A stretch of DNA of 64,000 nucleotides from Raja brachyura (Eukaryota): the NCBI GenBank assembly GCA_963514005.1, contig OY740783.1:74462001-74526000 (forward strand), read 5' to 3'. Shown piece by piece: positions 37,426-50,390 of this stretch (position 1 is the stretch's first letter; every line of letters begins with the position of its first letter). The translations under genes and the position numbers were made by a program. The notes beneath the pieces were generated by a model. It ran no database searches. It was not told the DNA's origin and saw nothing but the letters and a program-made list of their open reading frames with translations.

Positions 37426-37799
37426 GGTAAACTCAACAACTGGAACACTGTGGCCAAAAAGTCTCCACTGGTTCCTGTTGATCCTCCTGTTGCCTCCACT
37501 GACAAATGAATTTGCATTTTATGTACGCAGTGCAATGCCAATAGTTAACCTTGAATTGGTTTCAAAGCTGCGTTATCATTGACCTTATGTGAAATCAGTC
37601 CAAATGAATTTAGCAAGTTTACACTGGGACTTGTCCTGTATGCATTAGACCTTTGGTGCTGATATCCAGTGATACAAACATCTCTCGACAATCATTATAA
37701 AGACAGTTTAAAACTTACCCATGAGTGAATGTGAATAAAGAGGTGATACTGATGACTTTCTGAGAGTCCAGAACGTATTGAAATGTGGATAATGCTCCT

Positions 37800-38733
37800 T
37801 TATACACCTCATATCACCCCTAAAACCCTTCCCCCTAATCTTAAACCTTCCAGAGCAGCCTACCATGCGGAATCTTGTCGAATGCCTCACTGAAGTCCAT
37901 GTACACAACATTTACAGCTACATCAACCTTTTAGGTCACGTCTTCAAAAAAATCTATCAGATTTGTGAGATACGACCTCCCACATACAAAACCATGCTGA
38001 CTATCCCTAATCAGCCCTTACCCATCCAAATGCCTGTGTAACCTATCCCTCCGGATACTCTCCAGTAACTTACCAACTACAGATGTTAAGCTCACCGCCC
38101 TATAGTTCCTAGCATTTTCCCTGCAGCCCTTCTTGAAACGAGGCACAAATTTGCTACCCTCCAGTCTTCCGGCACCTCCCCTATATTTAAGGACGACTCG
38201 TAAATTTCAACCAGGGCTCCCCCAATTTCCTCTCTCGTTTTCCGCAATGTCCTCGGATATATCTGATCCTGCCCTGGAAATTTGTCTACCTTCAAACACG
38301 ACAGTACCTTCAGTACAGTAACCCTGACTGATCTCAAGACACTTCCAGTGACTTCTCCAATTTCCTCCACCCTGCTGTCTTTCTCCCCGGTAAATACAGA
38401 GGAAAAATACTCATTTAGTACCTTGCCCATCTTCTGTGGCTCCACACAGAGGTGACCGCTTTGATTCTTGAGAGGTCCCACTCTCTCTCTAGTTACCCTT
38501 TTCCCCCTTATGTATTTATAATATTTTGGGTATTGTCCTTAATGCTAACGGCCAGAGCTACTGTATCTCCTGGCCCCTTTTCGCCCTTCTGATTTTTTAG
38601 TTTACTCCTTAGTACCCGACGTTCCTCCAGGGATGCAGTTGATGCCAGCTGCCTTTGCCTGTTCCATGCATCCTTCTTGTTTTTGACTAATGTCTCAATT
38701 TCCCTCATCAGCTAAAGCTTCCTTACGTTTGCC
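37800..38733 (-). mobile_element. CR1 LINE ORF2 internal fragment
   Basis: ORF 38092-38481 (LNEYFSSVFT..KFPGQDQIYPRTL..EVPEDWRVAN). Confidence 0.85.
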
Positions 38734-39433
38734 CAGGGGCAGATCGACTATGAAACTAATGGAGCTTAAACTTCAGGGCCCCTAATCCCGGAGGGGCCCC
38801 AAAAGCGACTTTAGTCCAGATATTCTTCCGATTTAAATCGGAATTCCGATATTTTTGTTTTCCTAGAAATTAATCTGATTTTTCATCTCGACTAACCCCC
38901 TCGCCTCGACTAAATTTCACCTCACACTTAAACCTCAACTCACTAAACCTCGCCTCGACTAAACCTCCCACCTCAAACATAATCCCCGCCTCGACTATTC
39001 GCTGCCTCTCTCCCGCTCCCGCGGGGTGGATCTGCGGCTGCTGCGGGACTTGGGCTTGACATCTACGTCAGCAAGCGTGCGCCCCTCCCCTCCCACCGGC
39101 TCTCTCGGGCAATGCGCCTGCGCCACTTACGCGCCACTCTCCGCACTCGGCCCCACCCCCTGGTTGGAGCCGCTCCGCTCACGAGGTACCGCCAACGGCG
39201 GGGGGGGCGGGGCTATAAATAGCGGGAGCAGGAGAGAGGTGGAGTTTAGTCATGAGGGGGAGATTTAGTTAAGTTGAGGTGGGGTTAAGGTGTGAGGTGA
39301 GGAGTGAGGTTTATTTGAGGGGCGATGTTTAGTGAGGTAAGGGTTAGTCAAGGCGAGGTTTAAGTGTGAGGAGAAGTTTGGTAGCGAGGTATTGTCGAGG
39401 CGAGGAGTTTAGTGAGGCGGAGGGATTAGTCGA
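38734..39433. mobile_element. Foldback-like element with inverted arrays of short repeats and a GC-rich core
   Basis: Left arm of cctcgcctcgactaaacctc-like units (~38885-39000), right arm of the complementary gaggtttagtcgaggcgagg-like units (~39235-39433); begins caggggcagatcg; lies between two pieces of a - strand CR1. Confidence 0.6.
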
Positions 39434-40285
39434 TTCCCTATTCTGTCCACTACCCTTTCTCACTCTCCATACCAACTTCACGTGCCTCTGTCCTGCACAA
39501 GATCCCACCCCCTGCCAATGTAGTTTAAACCCTCCCGTGTAGCATTAGCAAACCTTCTTGCTAGGATGTTAGTCCCCCTCCAGTTCAGGTGCAACCCATC
39601 CCTTTTATACAGGTCACCCCGCCCCAGAAGAGATCCCAATTATCCAGAAATTTGAATCCCTACACCCTGCACCAACTCCTCAGCCACACATTCATTTCCC
39701 CAATCTTCCTATTCTTACCTCCACTAGCACAAGGTACTGGAAACAATCCTGAGATCACTGCCCTGCTTTTCAGTCTTCTACCCAATTCCGTAAATTCTTG
39801 TTGCAGAACCAACGTGCAACGTGCACTCTTGAGGATGCCGTGCAGCCGCTCCGAGACATCCTGGGAGGCAACACACCATCCTGGAGTCTCGCCTGCTGCC
39901 GCAGAATCTCCTGTCGGCACCTCTGGAGTCTCCCACCACTATGGCTCTGCCTGGCGTCACTCTTCCCCGTTGTGCCTCAGCACCAGGCTGGAATGACAGC
40001 CCTGGCTACCAGTCAATCTTGTCGTGCCGTCCGCTCCCAAGAGGGTGTACCTGTTTTCATTAGGTACAACCTCCGGTGTCTCCTGCACTCCACGTTTACT
40101 CCATTTTCTCATAGTCACCCACCTTCACTCTTCCGGTGTCCTTGGTGTGACAACCTCACTCTAGGTCCTGTCCAGGAAACTCCCATTTTCCCGGATGGTC
40201 CTGAGCTTATCCTGTTGCTGCTCCAGTTCCCCAACACGTTCATTCAGGAGCTGCACCTGGACACAGTTTCTGCAGGTGTAGTTGT
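39434..40285 (-). mobile_element. CR1 ORF1 remnant (Cys/leucine-zipper region + SGNH esterase)
   Basis: YTCRNCVQVQLLNERVGELEQQ; RAIVVGDS..RRFCG..RDSRMVCCLPG; VISGLFPVP..NVWLRSWC. Confidence 0.85.
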
Positions 40286-40289
40286 CTAA

Positions 40290-42470
40290 GGGATGGGGAA
40301 GTTTCCTGCAGACTAATCTACCGATATACTTCATAATTTTATATACATTAATCATGTCACCTCATAACCGCCTCTGGTCCAAGGAGAACAGACCTGGCCT
40401 CTCCAATCTCTCCGCATTACTAAACTTCTCCATCACAAACAACCTTGGCAAATTTCCTTTGTATGTGCTCCAGCACGATCACATCCTTCCCAGAGCAAGG
40501 TGACCAGAACTGCATGCAGTTCTCCAGATGAAGTCTTAATAAGATTATATAATGTTGCAGCATCACTTCCATCTTTCTGTATTTTGTGGCCTGACTAAAA
40601 ATAGCCAGTACCCCATATCCCTTCCTAGTCGTGTGTTATCAACCTGTGTTGCCAACTTCAAGGATCAATGGAATTATACCCCAAGAACAGTACTCAATAA
40701 GACTCTCCCATTCATGATATATGTCCTAGCTTCATTAGTGCTCCCAAAATTGGAGGTCCCTCAACCCACAGTTACTGTCACAGATGTCAAATCAGCCTTC
40801 CTGAGAGTGAACTTGTGGAAAGGAACTGGTCTGGACGGAGTCCCTGGCTGTGTCTTCACAACCTGTGTGGACTGGCTGGCTGTGGACACCACAGATATCT
40901 TTAACCTCTCACTTCTCCTTTCTGAACTTTCCGCCTGCTTTAAGAAGACCACTTTCATTCCCGTGCCAAAAAGAAGCAAGGTAGCGTGCCTCAATGACCA
41001 ACCTCCAGTGGCTCATGAAGTGCATCAAGAGGCTGGTCATGACTCACATTTCCAGCCTCCCAAACAGCCTAGATCCACTGCAGTTTGCCTATTGCTGCAA
41101 CAGATCCAAGCAGACGTCATCTTCCTGGTGCTACACTCATCACTGGAACATCTACATAGCAAGCACACTTCCATCAGACTCTTATTTCTTGACTATAGGT
41201 CCACCTTCAACATCAAAATCCCAACCAAACTCATCTCCAAACTCCTGGACCTATGAGTCCGCACTCGCTTCTGCCACTGGATCGATTTTCTGATCTATAG
41301 ACAACAATCAATGAGAATAGGCGGCACAACATCCTCCATGATAATTCTCAACATTGATGGCCCATATGGATACATTCTCAGCTCCTTACTGTACACTCAT
41401 CGCTATGCAGCCAAATTCTGCGCTAACTCCATTTACATGTTTGCAGCTAACACCATTGTAGTGGGCCAGATTTCAAACAAGGATGAGACAAAGTAAAGGA
41501 AGGAAATAAAGAGCTTAGTGACATGATATCAAGACAATAGCCTCTCCTTCAATGTGAGCAAGATTAAGGAGCTAGTTACCAACTTCAGGGAGTGAGGTGA
41601 ACATGCCCCGATCAGCATCAATGGTGCCAAAGTTCCTCGGTGTAAGTATCATGAACAATTATACTGGACTGATCACATTGAAACTGCAGCCAAGAAAGCA
41701 AACCAATGTCTCTCCGTCCTCAGTAGACCAAGAAGGTTTAGCATGTCTCCAACATCTACAGATGTACCGTAGAAAGCATACTATCAGGATGCAACATTGT
41801 TTGGTTTGGCAACAGCTTTGCCCAGGTCTGCAAGAAATTGCAAAAAGTTGTTGATGTAGCTCAATCCATCATACATACCAGCCTCCCCACCATAGACCCA
41901 TTCTACACATCACGCTGGATTGGGAAAGCAGCCAATATAATCAAGGATCTTTTTCACCCCAGTCATTATTTCTTCTCCCCTCTCATGATGGGCAGAAGAT
42001 ACAACGTTTGAAAGCGCATACTGCCAGATTCAGGAACAGCTTTTTCCCTACTTTTATCTGACTACTAAACAGACCTCCCATAAGCTAGGGTGTTCCGATC
42101 TTCCAACCTACCTCAGTACAGACATTGCACTTTTTCTCTGTAACTGTAGCACTATAATTCTGCAAGACTATATTCTACCCTCTGGTAATTATGGCTTGAT
42201 TATGCTCATGTTTAGTATGTTTTCACTGGATAGCATGCAAACAAAGTGTTTCACTGTATCTTGCAACACATCACAATAATAAACCAATTGCAATACCAAA
42301 ATGTATCACCTTATTACCAATAACTCCGCCAATCTTTTGCGTCATCTGTGAACTTATTGATCTTGCCTCCTACATTGACATCCAAGTTAATGGTGTATTT
42401 TTTCAAATAGCAAGGGTCCCAGCACCGAATCTTGTGGGACACCAGTTGTCACAGGCATCCAATTGCAAGA
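40290..42470 (-). mobile_element. Old CR1 fragment split by a Rex1-like insertion
   Basis: CR1 antisense sequence at 40290-40750 resumes at ~42295 (ccaaaatgtatcacctt..gtcatctg..aagggtcccagcaccga). Confidence 0.65.
40751..42295 (+). mobile_element. Rex1/Babar-like LINE, 5'-truncated and decayed
   Basis: [56 protein letters not shown]; CCAAAAT duplicated at both ends. Confidence 0.82.
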
Positions 42471-43143
42471 TCAGGACAACACAAAGTACAGGCCTGCACA
42501 TAGGATTTCCAAGCCAGTGGATTTGTGTGTTCCCTTTCATATTAATCCACACCTTCCTTTGCAGGGTTTTGGTATGAGAATGGATCAGTGATAGAAATCT
42601 CCAATATTTTCTCCATTCTTAGCAGAGCGCATATATATTGCTTTATTTTCCGATGTAAACTTCCAAAGTTCTGGTCAGCAGAAGTCCCACAAATACCAAA
42701 TTCATATTTGTAGTTTTACCCTAGTAGATGGATATACTTAACTCACAGAGTTGCACTCCACAAAAACAGGTCCTTTGGCCCAACTTGTACACGCCAACCA
42801 CGATGCCTATTCCATTCGCCCATATTGGGACCTATCCATTGACACATTTATTTTCTAACTACCAGTCCAAATGCCTTTTAAACACTGCCTCTATCGCTTC
42901 TTCTGGCAGCATTGCTACATAATCACCACCCCTGTGTGGACCACTTGCCCCTCAGATCGCCTTTAAATATCTCCCTCTCACCTTAAGCCTGTGCCTTCTA
43001 GTTTTATACTACACTAGGAAAAAGATCCTCACTATCTATACCATATCAATGCCTTTCATAAGGTCAGCCCCAGCCTTCTGCATTCCAGTGAGAATAAACC
43101 AGGCCGATCCAGTCTACTTTATAAGTAAAGCTCTCCATTACAG

Positions 43144-44175
43144 TAGCAATGTTACAAAATTTTGAGATTTAAAAAAATCAAGTATGCAATTTATCCCATC
43201 AGATAAAGCATAAAAAGAAGTTTAATTTGACACCTAATTCACTTTCATATCTTCAGTATTAAGAAAGCTATGACCATTTTCATACTCGGAAATTAGCATC
43301 TTGTTCCCCATTGCCTTTCAATTGACTTAACTCAAAAGCTGTGATCTAGAACCGTTAAAAGCCCATAACTTTCTTAAAAATTAAGAGAACTCAATGAAAT
43401 TTTCAGTTATTATAGATTGAAGCATTCTGAAACAAATATGAAACAATCTTACTTGGATGACCTGAAATTAAAGCATATAATTAGTTAGTTATCTAATTGT
43501 AGCTAATTACAAAATTCAATGAGTAGATCTAAACATCTATCCATTTCTTAAGTAAAGATAAACTTTTTTTAAATTGCCTGTGTCCAAATAACATTCACAC
43601 AGTAATCCACAATATAACATAATTTTTATATCTCATTTTCATGAATTTCTGGGCCAAATGGAAGGAATTTAGTGTTTAATGCCTGTAAATTAATGGCCAT
43701 TTAAGTCAACTAGCGAGTGGGTTTTAGTGGAATGCGGTGGATTGGAACGTTGCGGTTTGCGGTGAAGTCAGGATAAAAAATACTGTTGGTTCATACATTT
43801 TTTTGGACCCCATTTCGCAACATGAAAATATTATTAAAGCCTCCATAAAAAACAACTTTTAATATAAAAATAAACTGTGTACCTTTTTTTCTCCCCTACG
43901 CAAAATCCTTCCCGTTGTCGGCGCTCACGGCTTTTGAAGGTGATTTTTAAATTACTCTAGATAATAAATAATCTAGCGTAATTTAAAAATACCTTCATTA
44001 ATGAAATGTCGGAGCGATTTTTCTTCCGCAACGAAATCGCCCGACATGGATCGATTTGCCCAGTCTGAAGAAAAACGGCACTTTAAGCCGCCCCCCTCTG
44101 AAAGGCGCCAAAGTCACGCACACGGGGAGCGGCAGAATTGCAGTGCTGCTCGAGGTAAGTTTTGTAACATACCTA
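43144..44175. mobile_element. Non-autonomous DNA transposon with TAG...CTA termini (superfamily uncertain)
   Basis: TIRs TAGcaATGTTACAAAA / TTTTGTAACATacCTA; flanks ATTACAG / AATACAG; interrupts a - strand CR1 fragment (42740-43143, resuming at 44176). Confidence 0.7.
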
Positions 44176-44419
44176 AATACAGGCATTATACTGCCAAATG
44201 TCCTCAGCATTCTTTCTGCCACCACAACATCTTTCCTGTGGTATACTAATCAATAAGAGCCACCAGACTGATTACTAATACAATCAAACAGCTAATAAAA
44301 TATTTGCTTGTGTCGGGGAAAAGGATGGATCAGGAAGTTATTGTGCTATGGAGATCCAGTCATCTTCATTTGAAGTTTGGTAATGTGTTCTAGACACAAA
44401 CAAATTGCAAATAGCTGAC

Positions 44420-44626
44420 AATGGCTTGTTTCTTTTATCACCATTACTTTTTTGCATATCTTTCATTCATTTGTTCTATATCTCTCTACATCACTGTCCA
44501 AATCTCTGGTTTCCCTTTCCCCTGACTCTAGTCTGAAGAAGGGTCTCGACCCAAAACGTCACCCATTCCTTCTCTCCACAGATGCTGCCAGTCCCGCTGA
44601 GTTACTCCAGCATTTTGTGTCCATCT
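44420..44626 (+). mobile_element. Penelope-like element 3' tail with hammerhead motif
   Basis: gtCTGAAGAagggtctcgacccAAAAcgtcaccc followed by the conserved gatgctgcc..cccgctgagttactccagca tail. Confidence 0.75.
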
Positions 44627-45149
44627 AAGAGATATAGAGTACTGTTTCAAATATTGTGACCTTAATACCGAAACTCACCAAGATACAAAATTAGAAAATT
44701 AGTGTGAAAGGTTCCTTTGTTCAGTGTAGGCCAGTGAAATGCAAAATAAACAAATAAGGTTGCTAACCCATTTTTATTGATGGAATAAGGTGGATTCTGT
44801 ACTTTAAGAACGTTTCAAACCCTTGGGAAAGTGTAGGCACAATTAAATGTAATGGTAACAATGATGAATTGTTACTTGGAGTGGTTGGAGTGGTTAGAAT
44901 AGATAAGAAATGTATGGCATTTAAACTTCTGAATAGTTTTGATTGGGCATTGAAGAAAAAAATATTTCCAGCGGCAGGTGGTTAATAACTAGAGGAAAAA
45001 GACCTAATGTAATTGCTAAAGAGGATATAAGCTGCTATGTTCTGAGTTTTCATGGTTTGGACAACATCGAGTGTGTATATTTATAATACCCTTCAATGGA
45101 AAATAAAATCAATACAGCAAGTAGAAAATATGCTTTACATTGGGTGAAG

Positions 45150-45930
45150 AGAACACCTCTGCTCTCACTTTCCTTCTCCCACAAAGAACATGAATATGCT
45201 CACCCTTATCTTTGCATTAAATCCCACCAGCTGCATATCCAATAAATTATTCTCCACAATTTCTGCCAATTTCAAAGTGATTCTGTCAGCTGACGTCTTC
45301 TCTTTTGCCCTCCTTCACCAACCACTTCCCTTCTCACAGCACCTTCCGACAGGGTAAGCAACACCTACCCTTCTCAATGTATGGGCACCCAAATATCTTT
45401 CCAGGTGAATCAACCATTCACTTTCATTTCTTCCAGTTTAGAGTACAGCACTCAGTGCTCACAACACATGATCCACTTCACTGAAGAAACCAGACAGATT
45501 GGGTGCCTGACCCCGTGGGTATTTCCAATATTCTGCTTTATTTCAGGTTTTCAGCAAATGCTGTTTTGTATCTCACATTTCCTACATATTATTTCTGTAA
45601 TATCCCTCTATCATTAATTTCCTTCTATTTACAGCTCCTTCTGGACAAGCCACCTGCTGATTATAAGCCTTCACCACCCTCTCTCAGCCACGAGTACCAC
45701 TGTGTACATTATTCTATCTCACCTGGTCCACATCATGTCAGAGACATTTCTTGTGTTCCCTTTACCCCTCCCTCTCTTTGGAACTTAAAACATATTTATC
45801 TTGAAATGCCATCTACATGTGAGGTTAACCCCATTTCTCTCTCAACGGACAACACCTGACCTGCTGAGTATTTCCAGCATTTGGTGCTTTTAGTTCAGAT
45901 ATCCATCACCTGCACTTTCTTGTGCATTTC
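45150..45930 (+). mobile_element. Old Penelope-like element fragment
   Basis: Decayed similarity to 57690-58050 (cccttatctttgca..cccacc, ttccaggtg..ttcact..ttcttcc) plus tail remnants. Confidence 0.55.
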
Positions 45931-46914
45931 AATTGCAATTTAACAGAACTGAGATAAACGTACATAGAAATGTGTCAATCTACAGTCATTGCGGGACACA
46001 TTTGAGCATGGGAGGTAATATGAACAGAAGTCACAATGCTGTATTCATGATGTGTGTTCTTAAGAAATACTATCAAAACCTAAGCCTTTCTTTTTGGAAA
46101 GGAGATGGCTGATATTATGAGATCCATGTGCTCTTCAAGAGAGTGGATAAAGTAAATTTGGAATATTTCTAGGTAAAGACAAAAAAACAAAGACACAATG
46201 AACAAGTGAAGTATATTTAGGGATATTACCATGAAGTCTTTCTTCACTACATCAACAATCACAGCATGCAAGATGTATCCGGATATCATTAATTCTTGCT
46301 GAAGAACTGCTGCCATAACAAATTCTAAATTATTTATTATAGTCTTGAAGTTTTATGTCTCTTCGTGAAGGGTTTTTAAGTCAGATCTTCAAAATTAAGT
46401 GTACTACACCAGATTTTATGGAAGTTGCACACCAGAACTTCGGTAGACATTAAATGCATGAATCAAAATGGCATTTATTGGGGGATCTTTGTCAATTTCT
46501 TCCTGTGCTGATCATGCATGATTTTCAATTGCACTTTCTGCAAGCATGTGTACTTTGGAGATGCTGATACTTTCCACATTGTGCTTGTTAAATGCAGGAG
46601 TCTGTTCGGAGTAGTTTTCCTACTGAAATTGACCATCACTGTTGAGCAGTGATTGCAGTCTATAGCATTCATACTGCAAGACAGACTACAAAAACTCAGC
46701 CATGTAGAACACCAAACACATGGAGGACATGGATAGGCGATGTTACGATGTCCTCCAGAGTTGTCCTTTAGAGAAGCTGCTTGACCTGCTGAGTTACTCC
46801 AGCACTTTGCGTTCAACACCAAATTCCAGCATCAGCAGTTCTTTATGTCTCCAACAACTCACTAATGTTTCTTCACATAACCCACATGTTCTACCACCTG
46901 GGCCAGAGTAAGAG

Positions 46915-47282
46915 GGCGACCCTTTTCTCCCCTCTCCCATTGGGCAAAACATATATGTGTGAAACCCCACACCTCCAGATTCAGGGACAGTTTCTTCACA
47001 ACTTTTATCAGGCAACTGAACCATCCTACCAACAACTAGAGAGCAGTCCTGAGCTACTATCTACCTTTTTGGAGACCGTCGGACTATCTTTGATCGGACG
47101 TTACTGGACTTTATCTTGCACTAAACATTATTCACATTATTCCCTTTATTGTGTATCTGTACACTGTGGGTGGCTCGATTGTGAACATATATTGTCCTTC
47201 CACTGACTGGTTAGCCCCAACAAATGCTTTTCACTGTGCCTCGATGCACGTGGCAATAAACTAAACTAAACTCAAACTCAAG
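46915..47282 (+). mobile_element. Rex1/Babar-like LINE 3' fragment
   Basis: Closely matches 35400-35715. Confidence 0.7.
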
Positions 47283-47929
47283 AGGAACAGAACTCTTCAT
47301 AATTTCACACTCTAGCTTGTTCATACATCCCTTCTGAGTAACACACAATCGTGACTTAGAAATTCATTGCTGTTCCTCCATCATCGGTGTTTCAAAATAC
47401 AGGACTTTTGCTATGGAATGGCCATCATCTCACGCACACTGCAACAGATCAAGAAGATGGGTATCTCCCTCCCCTCGCGCAATTAAATATTCATAAGTGA
47501 TAGGAGCAGAACTAGGCCATTCGGCCCATCAAGTCTACTCCACCATTCAATCATGGCTAATCTAGCTCTCCTTCTCAACCCCATTCTCCTGCCTTCTCCC
47601 CATAACCCCCGCTGCCACCCGCACCATGGACAATGGACAACACACTGCTTTGTTCATGATGGATCCACCCTGGATAACTCTTGACTTACTATAAGGAGGC
47701 GAGTTCCTCTTGGCCTAACCTATAAATATTGGAATACGAATTAACTTTTCACTTGCACCTACCTGCCCGCTATGGAAAATCAGAACCGTGAGGTAAAACT
47801 GTACATTGAAACTCCTTCGCAAATACGGTACAAATTGGCAGTAAGAGCGATTAACCAACAAGAGGGGAGTGTTCAGCAAAATCAATCATAATTAGTCGGT
47901 TTCCAGGCAGCAGTATCGACAGGTCTGGA

Positions 47930-48195
47930 TTTGCCATGCAGTTATTTAACAATGTAATTAGATTAGGAGGCACACACCGACCAACCAGTTGTTTCAGAGA
48001 GCAGAGGGAATGCATTCGGGCTGATATAAGAGCACGTCCCTGCGTCATTCTGGCGTGTCCGTCTATCTTCGGTTTGCTGAGAGCGAGTGAGCGAGAGAGC
48101 GAGCAGGGACAGAGGGGAAAAAAAAGCCCACCTAATATTTCACTCCTTACGATACGAGAACAAGGATTAGCTTTCGCCAGCGGGAAGGCGGCGAG
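47930..48195 (+). promoter_or_regulatory. vldlr: Putative vldlr promoter / 5' UTR
   Basis: Non-repetitive, CpG-retaining sequence directly before the signal-peptide exon; CRE-like TGCGTCA near 48041; (GAGC)-type repeats. TSS not determinable. Confidence 0.55.
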
Positions 48196-48262
48196 ATGAT
48201 TCCTATCCGTGTGATTTTGTTGCTGTTAGCGGCATGTTTCTATCGGTGCAGACATGTAAATG
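48196..48262 (+). CDS. vldlr: VLDL receptor exon 1 (signal peptide MIPIRVILLLLAACFYRCRHVN/G)
   Basis: ATG with purine at -3, hydrophobic core, phase-1 donor G|GTTAGT compatible with exon 2. Too short for the ORF track. Confidence 0.82.
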
Positions 48263-49579
48263 GTTAGTAATGTGACTCCATTATCTTGAGCGGAGCTGAT
48301 GGTTACTGTAAAAAAAAAAGCAGGTGGCAATGTAAGATCTACGGACGAAGGGAAGAATGCAATCTTTAGAAATTGGCATGAAACGAGTGACTTTGAACCG
48401 CTGCTGTTTCCTGCTGTGTTTTTTTTTTGTTTTATCCTCCCTTTAGACGCTGTAACGTTGAGTGATCTGTGATTCGTGCCGGACTGCATGTCTGAAATGG
48501 GCTTTGTTGTGACAATCTTGAGGGCTTGTACTAATTTCCTTGTGATCGTTCGCTCTTGGCAAGCAGTCGGCAGATACTTTTAAAAGCTGCAGTTAATTGT
48601 GTGTGTGAGGGATGGTAATGGGATTCTAAATCCTTCAGTTTAAAACTGCCCTATTAAAATAAGCAGTGGATATGCCAATAACAAATGTTTATTTTTACAA
48701 ACTTGTAAAACTCATTGCTCTTTAGTGAATGCTGGAAGTCGGCGAATGTTTAAGATTCCCGAATTTAAATGTGCACTTGGCGGTAGTATGCAGTTGGCTT
48801 TTGATTTTCTCTTTTAATTTGGGCTAGGATTGTGTATCCTGGTAATTCAGGAAACTCATTCAGCCCCTGAGGTGTGTCTGCTCCATTAACTGAGCAGCGT
48901 GATGCAAGTCCTCGGCAGCGTTGCGATGACCAATGAATAGATTGGGTTCCGAATTAGTCGCAGGTATAAGACGTGAATGAATCGGTCCACATGTTCGAAG
49001 GAAAGTGGAACATGCAAGTGTCCCTACTAGTCAAGTTCTAAATCTGCCTGCAGCATAGGGGGCAAATACATTAATTGATTTATTTTAAAGTTAATTTGGC
49101 CCTCGACTTGCCTCCACTCAGCCACTTCTGATTGTAGCTCGACTCGGGAAATGGCACAATTGAGGTGTTAGACTTTAACCATTTGTCCAGAATTTGGAGC
49201 TTATCTTGTATTTGACCTTGGTATGGTAGTTTCACGTCCGCGGGGTCTATCTATTTAAAAGGGTCAAGGCCCCACATTTGTTGGCATGTGCGCATTTGTT
49301 GAATATGGGTCAACATGGCATCGCCCGCAAGGCTGGAGGCGGGAGCGGCGGCTGTGGTGTGGTGCGCTGCCCCAGTCTGCGGCGGCAGCGCTCGCTGCAC
49401 CGTGAAGGTTACAGCGTTGGACTCGTGTCCTGCTCCTGTTATTTGATACCTTGAACCACGGACCCGCCTCAGCAAGAGATTGGTCAGCGGCTTGTACCAA
49501 CTCTCCAATGCCAACCCTCGTCGCCGCGCTTCCTCCAGGGAGTCTTATTGCAGTGTGACCAGTGCATTAACTTCAGATG

Positions 49580-49712
49580 GACGCAAAGCTGGAGTGACTC
49601 CGCGGGTCAGACAGCCTCTCTGGAGAGGTGACGTTTCGGGTCGAGACCCTTTTTCAGACTAGTCGAGGGCTGACACGATTTAAACCAGCATCTGCAGTTC
49701 TTTCCTACGCAT
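49580..49712. mobile_element. Penelope-tail element with inverted ends and hammerhead motif
   Basis: - strand gtCTGAAAAagggtctcgacccGAAAcgtcacc at 49630-49657, followed by a + strand tail end (tttaaaccagcatctgcagttctttccta). Confidence 0.7.
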
Positions 49713-49749
49713 TAATTTCAGATATGCGTTACCATTTTTCGCCTTTCAT

Positions 49750-50390
49750 GTGAAACGCACAGCACGGACACTGGCCCTTTGGCCTCCCTTGTTCACGCTG
49801 ACCAGGATACACCATCTATGTTTATACCCCTTGCTCATTTCGATCCGCGTCCCTCGACACATTTCCTATCCATGTACCAGTTCAACTGTCTTAAATATTA
49901 TTGCACCTGCCTCAACTACCTCCTCTGGCAGCTAGTTCCACCCTCTGGGGGGGAAAAAAAAACATCTTGTGCATCTGTAACATAACTTCACAATATTCAT
50001 GCTCTGTTCCCTGACTGAAGGCTGGTGTGCCAACACCCATCCACTACCTTATTTACCTTTGACACTGTACTTGTAGATCCCTGTACTCTACAACCCTCCC
50101 ATGTTCTACTGTCCATGGAGGTCCTGCCACAGTTTGACCTCCCCAGAATGCATCACCTTGCACATGTCAAATTTAAACCCCATTTGCCATATCTCAGCTC
50201 ACTCGCAGCTGACTAAGGTCCCACTAATTCCTGATAACCATTTTCACTGTCTATTCTACCACCTACTTTATTGCCACCTGCAAACTTACTAAACATGCCT
50301 TGTATAACCTCATCCAAATTGATATAGATGTTAAACAGCAATGGGGCCCAGCATTATCCTTGAGGCACACCATTAGTCATAGGCCTCCTT
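49750..50390 (-). mobile_element. Old CR1 fragments
   Basis: acctgcctcaactacctcctctggcagc, cccagaatgcatcaccttgcac, cctgcaaacttactaa, ggcccagca..tccttgaggcacacc. Confidence 0.65.
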
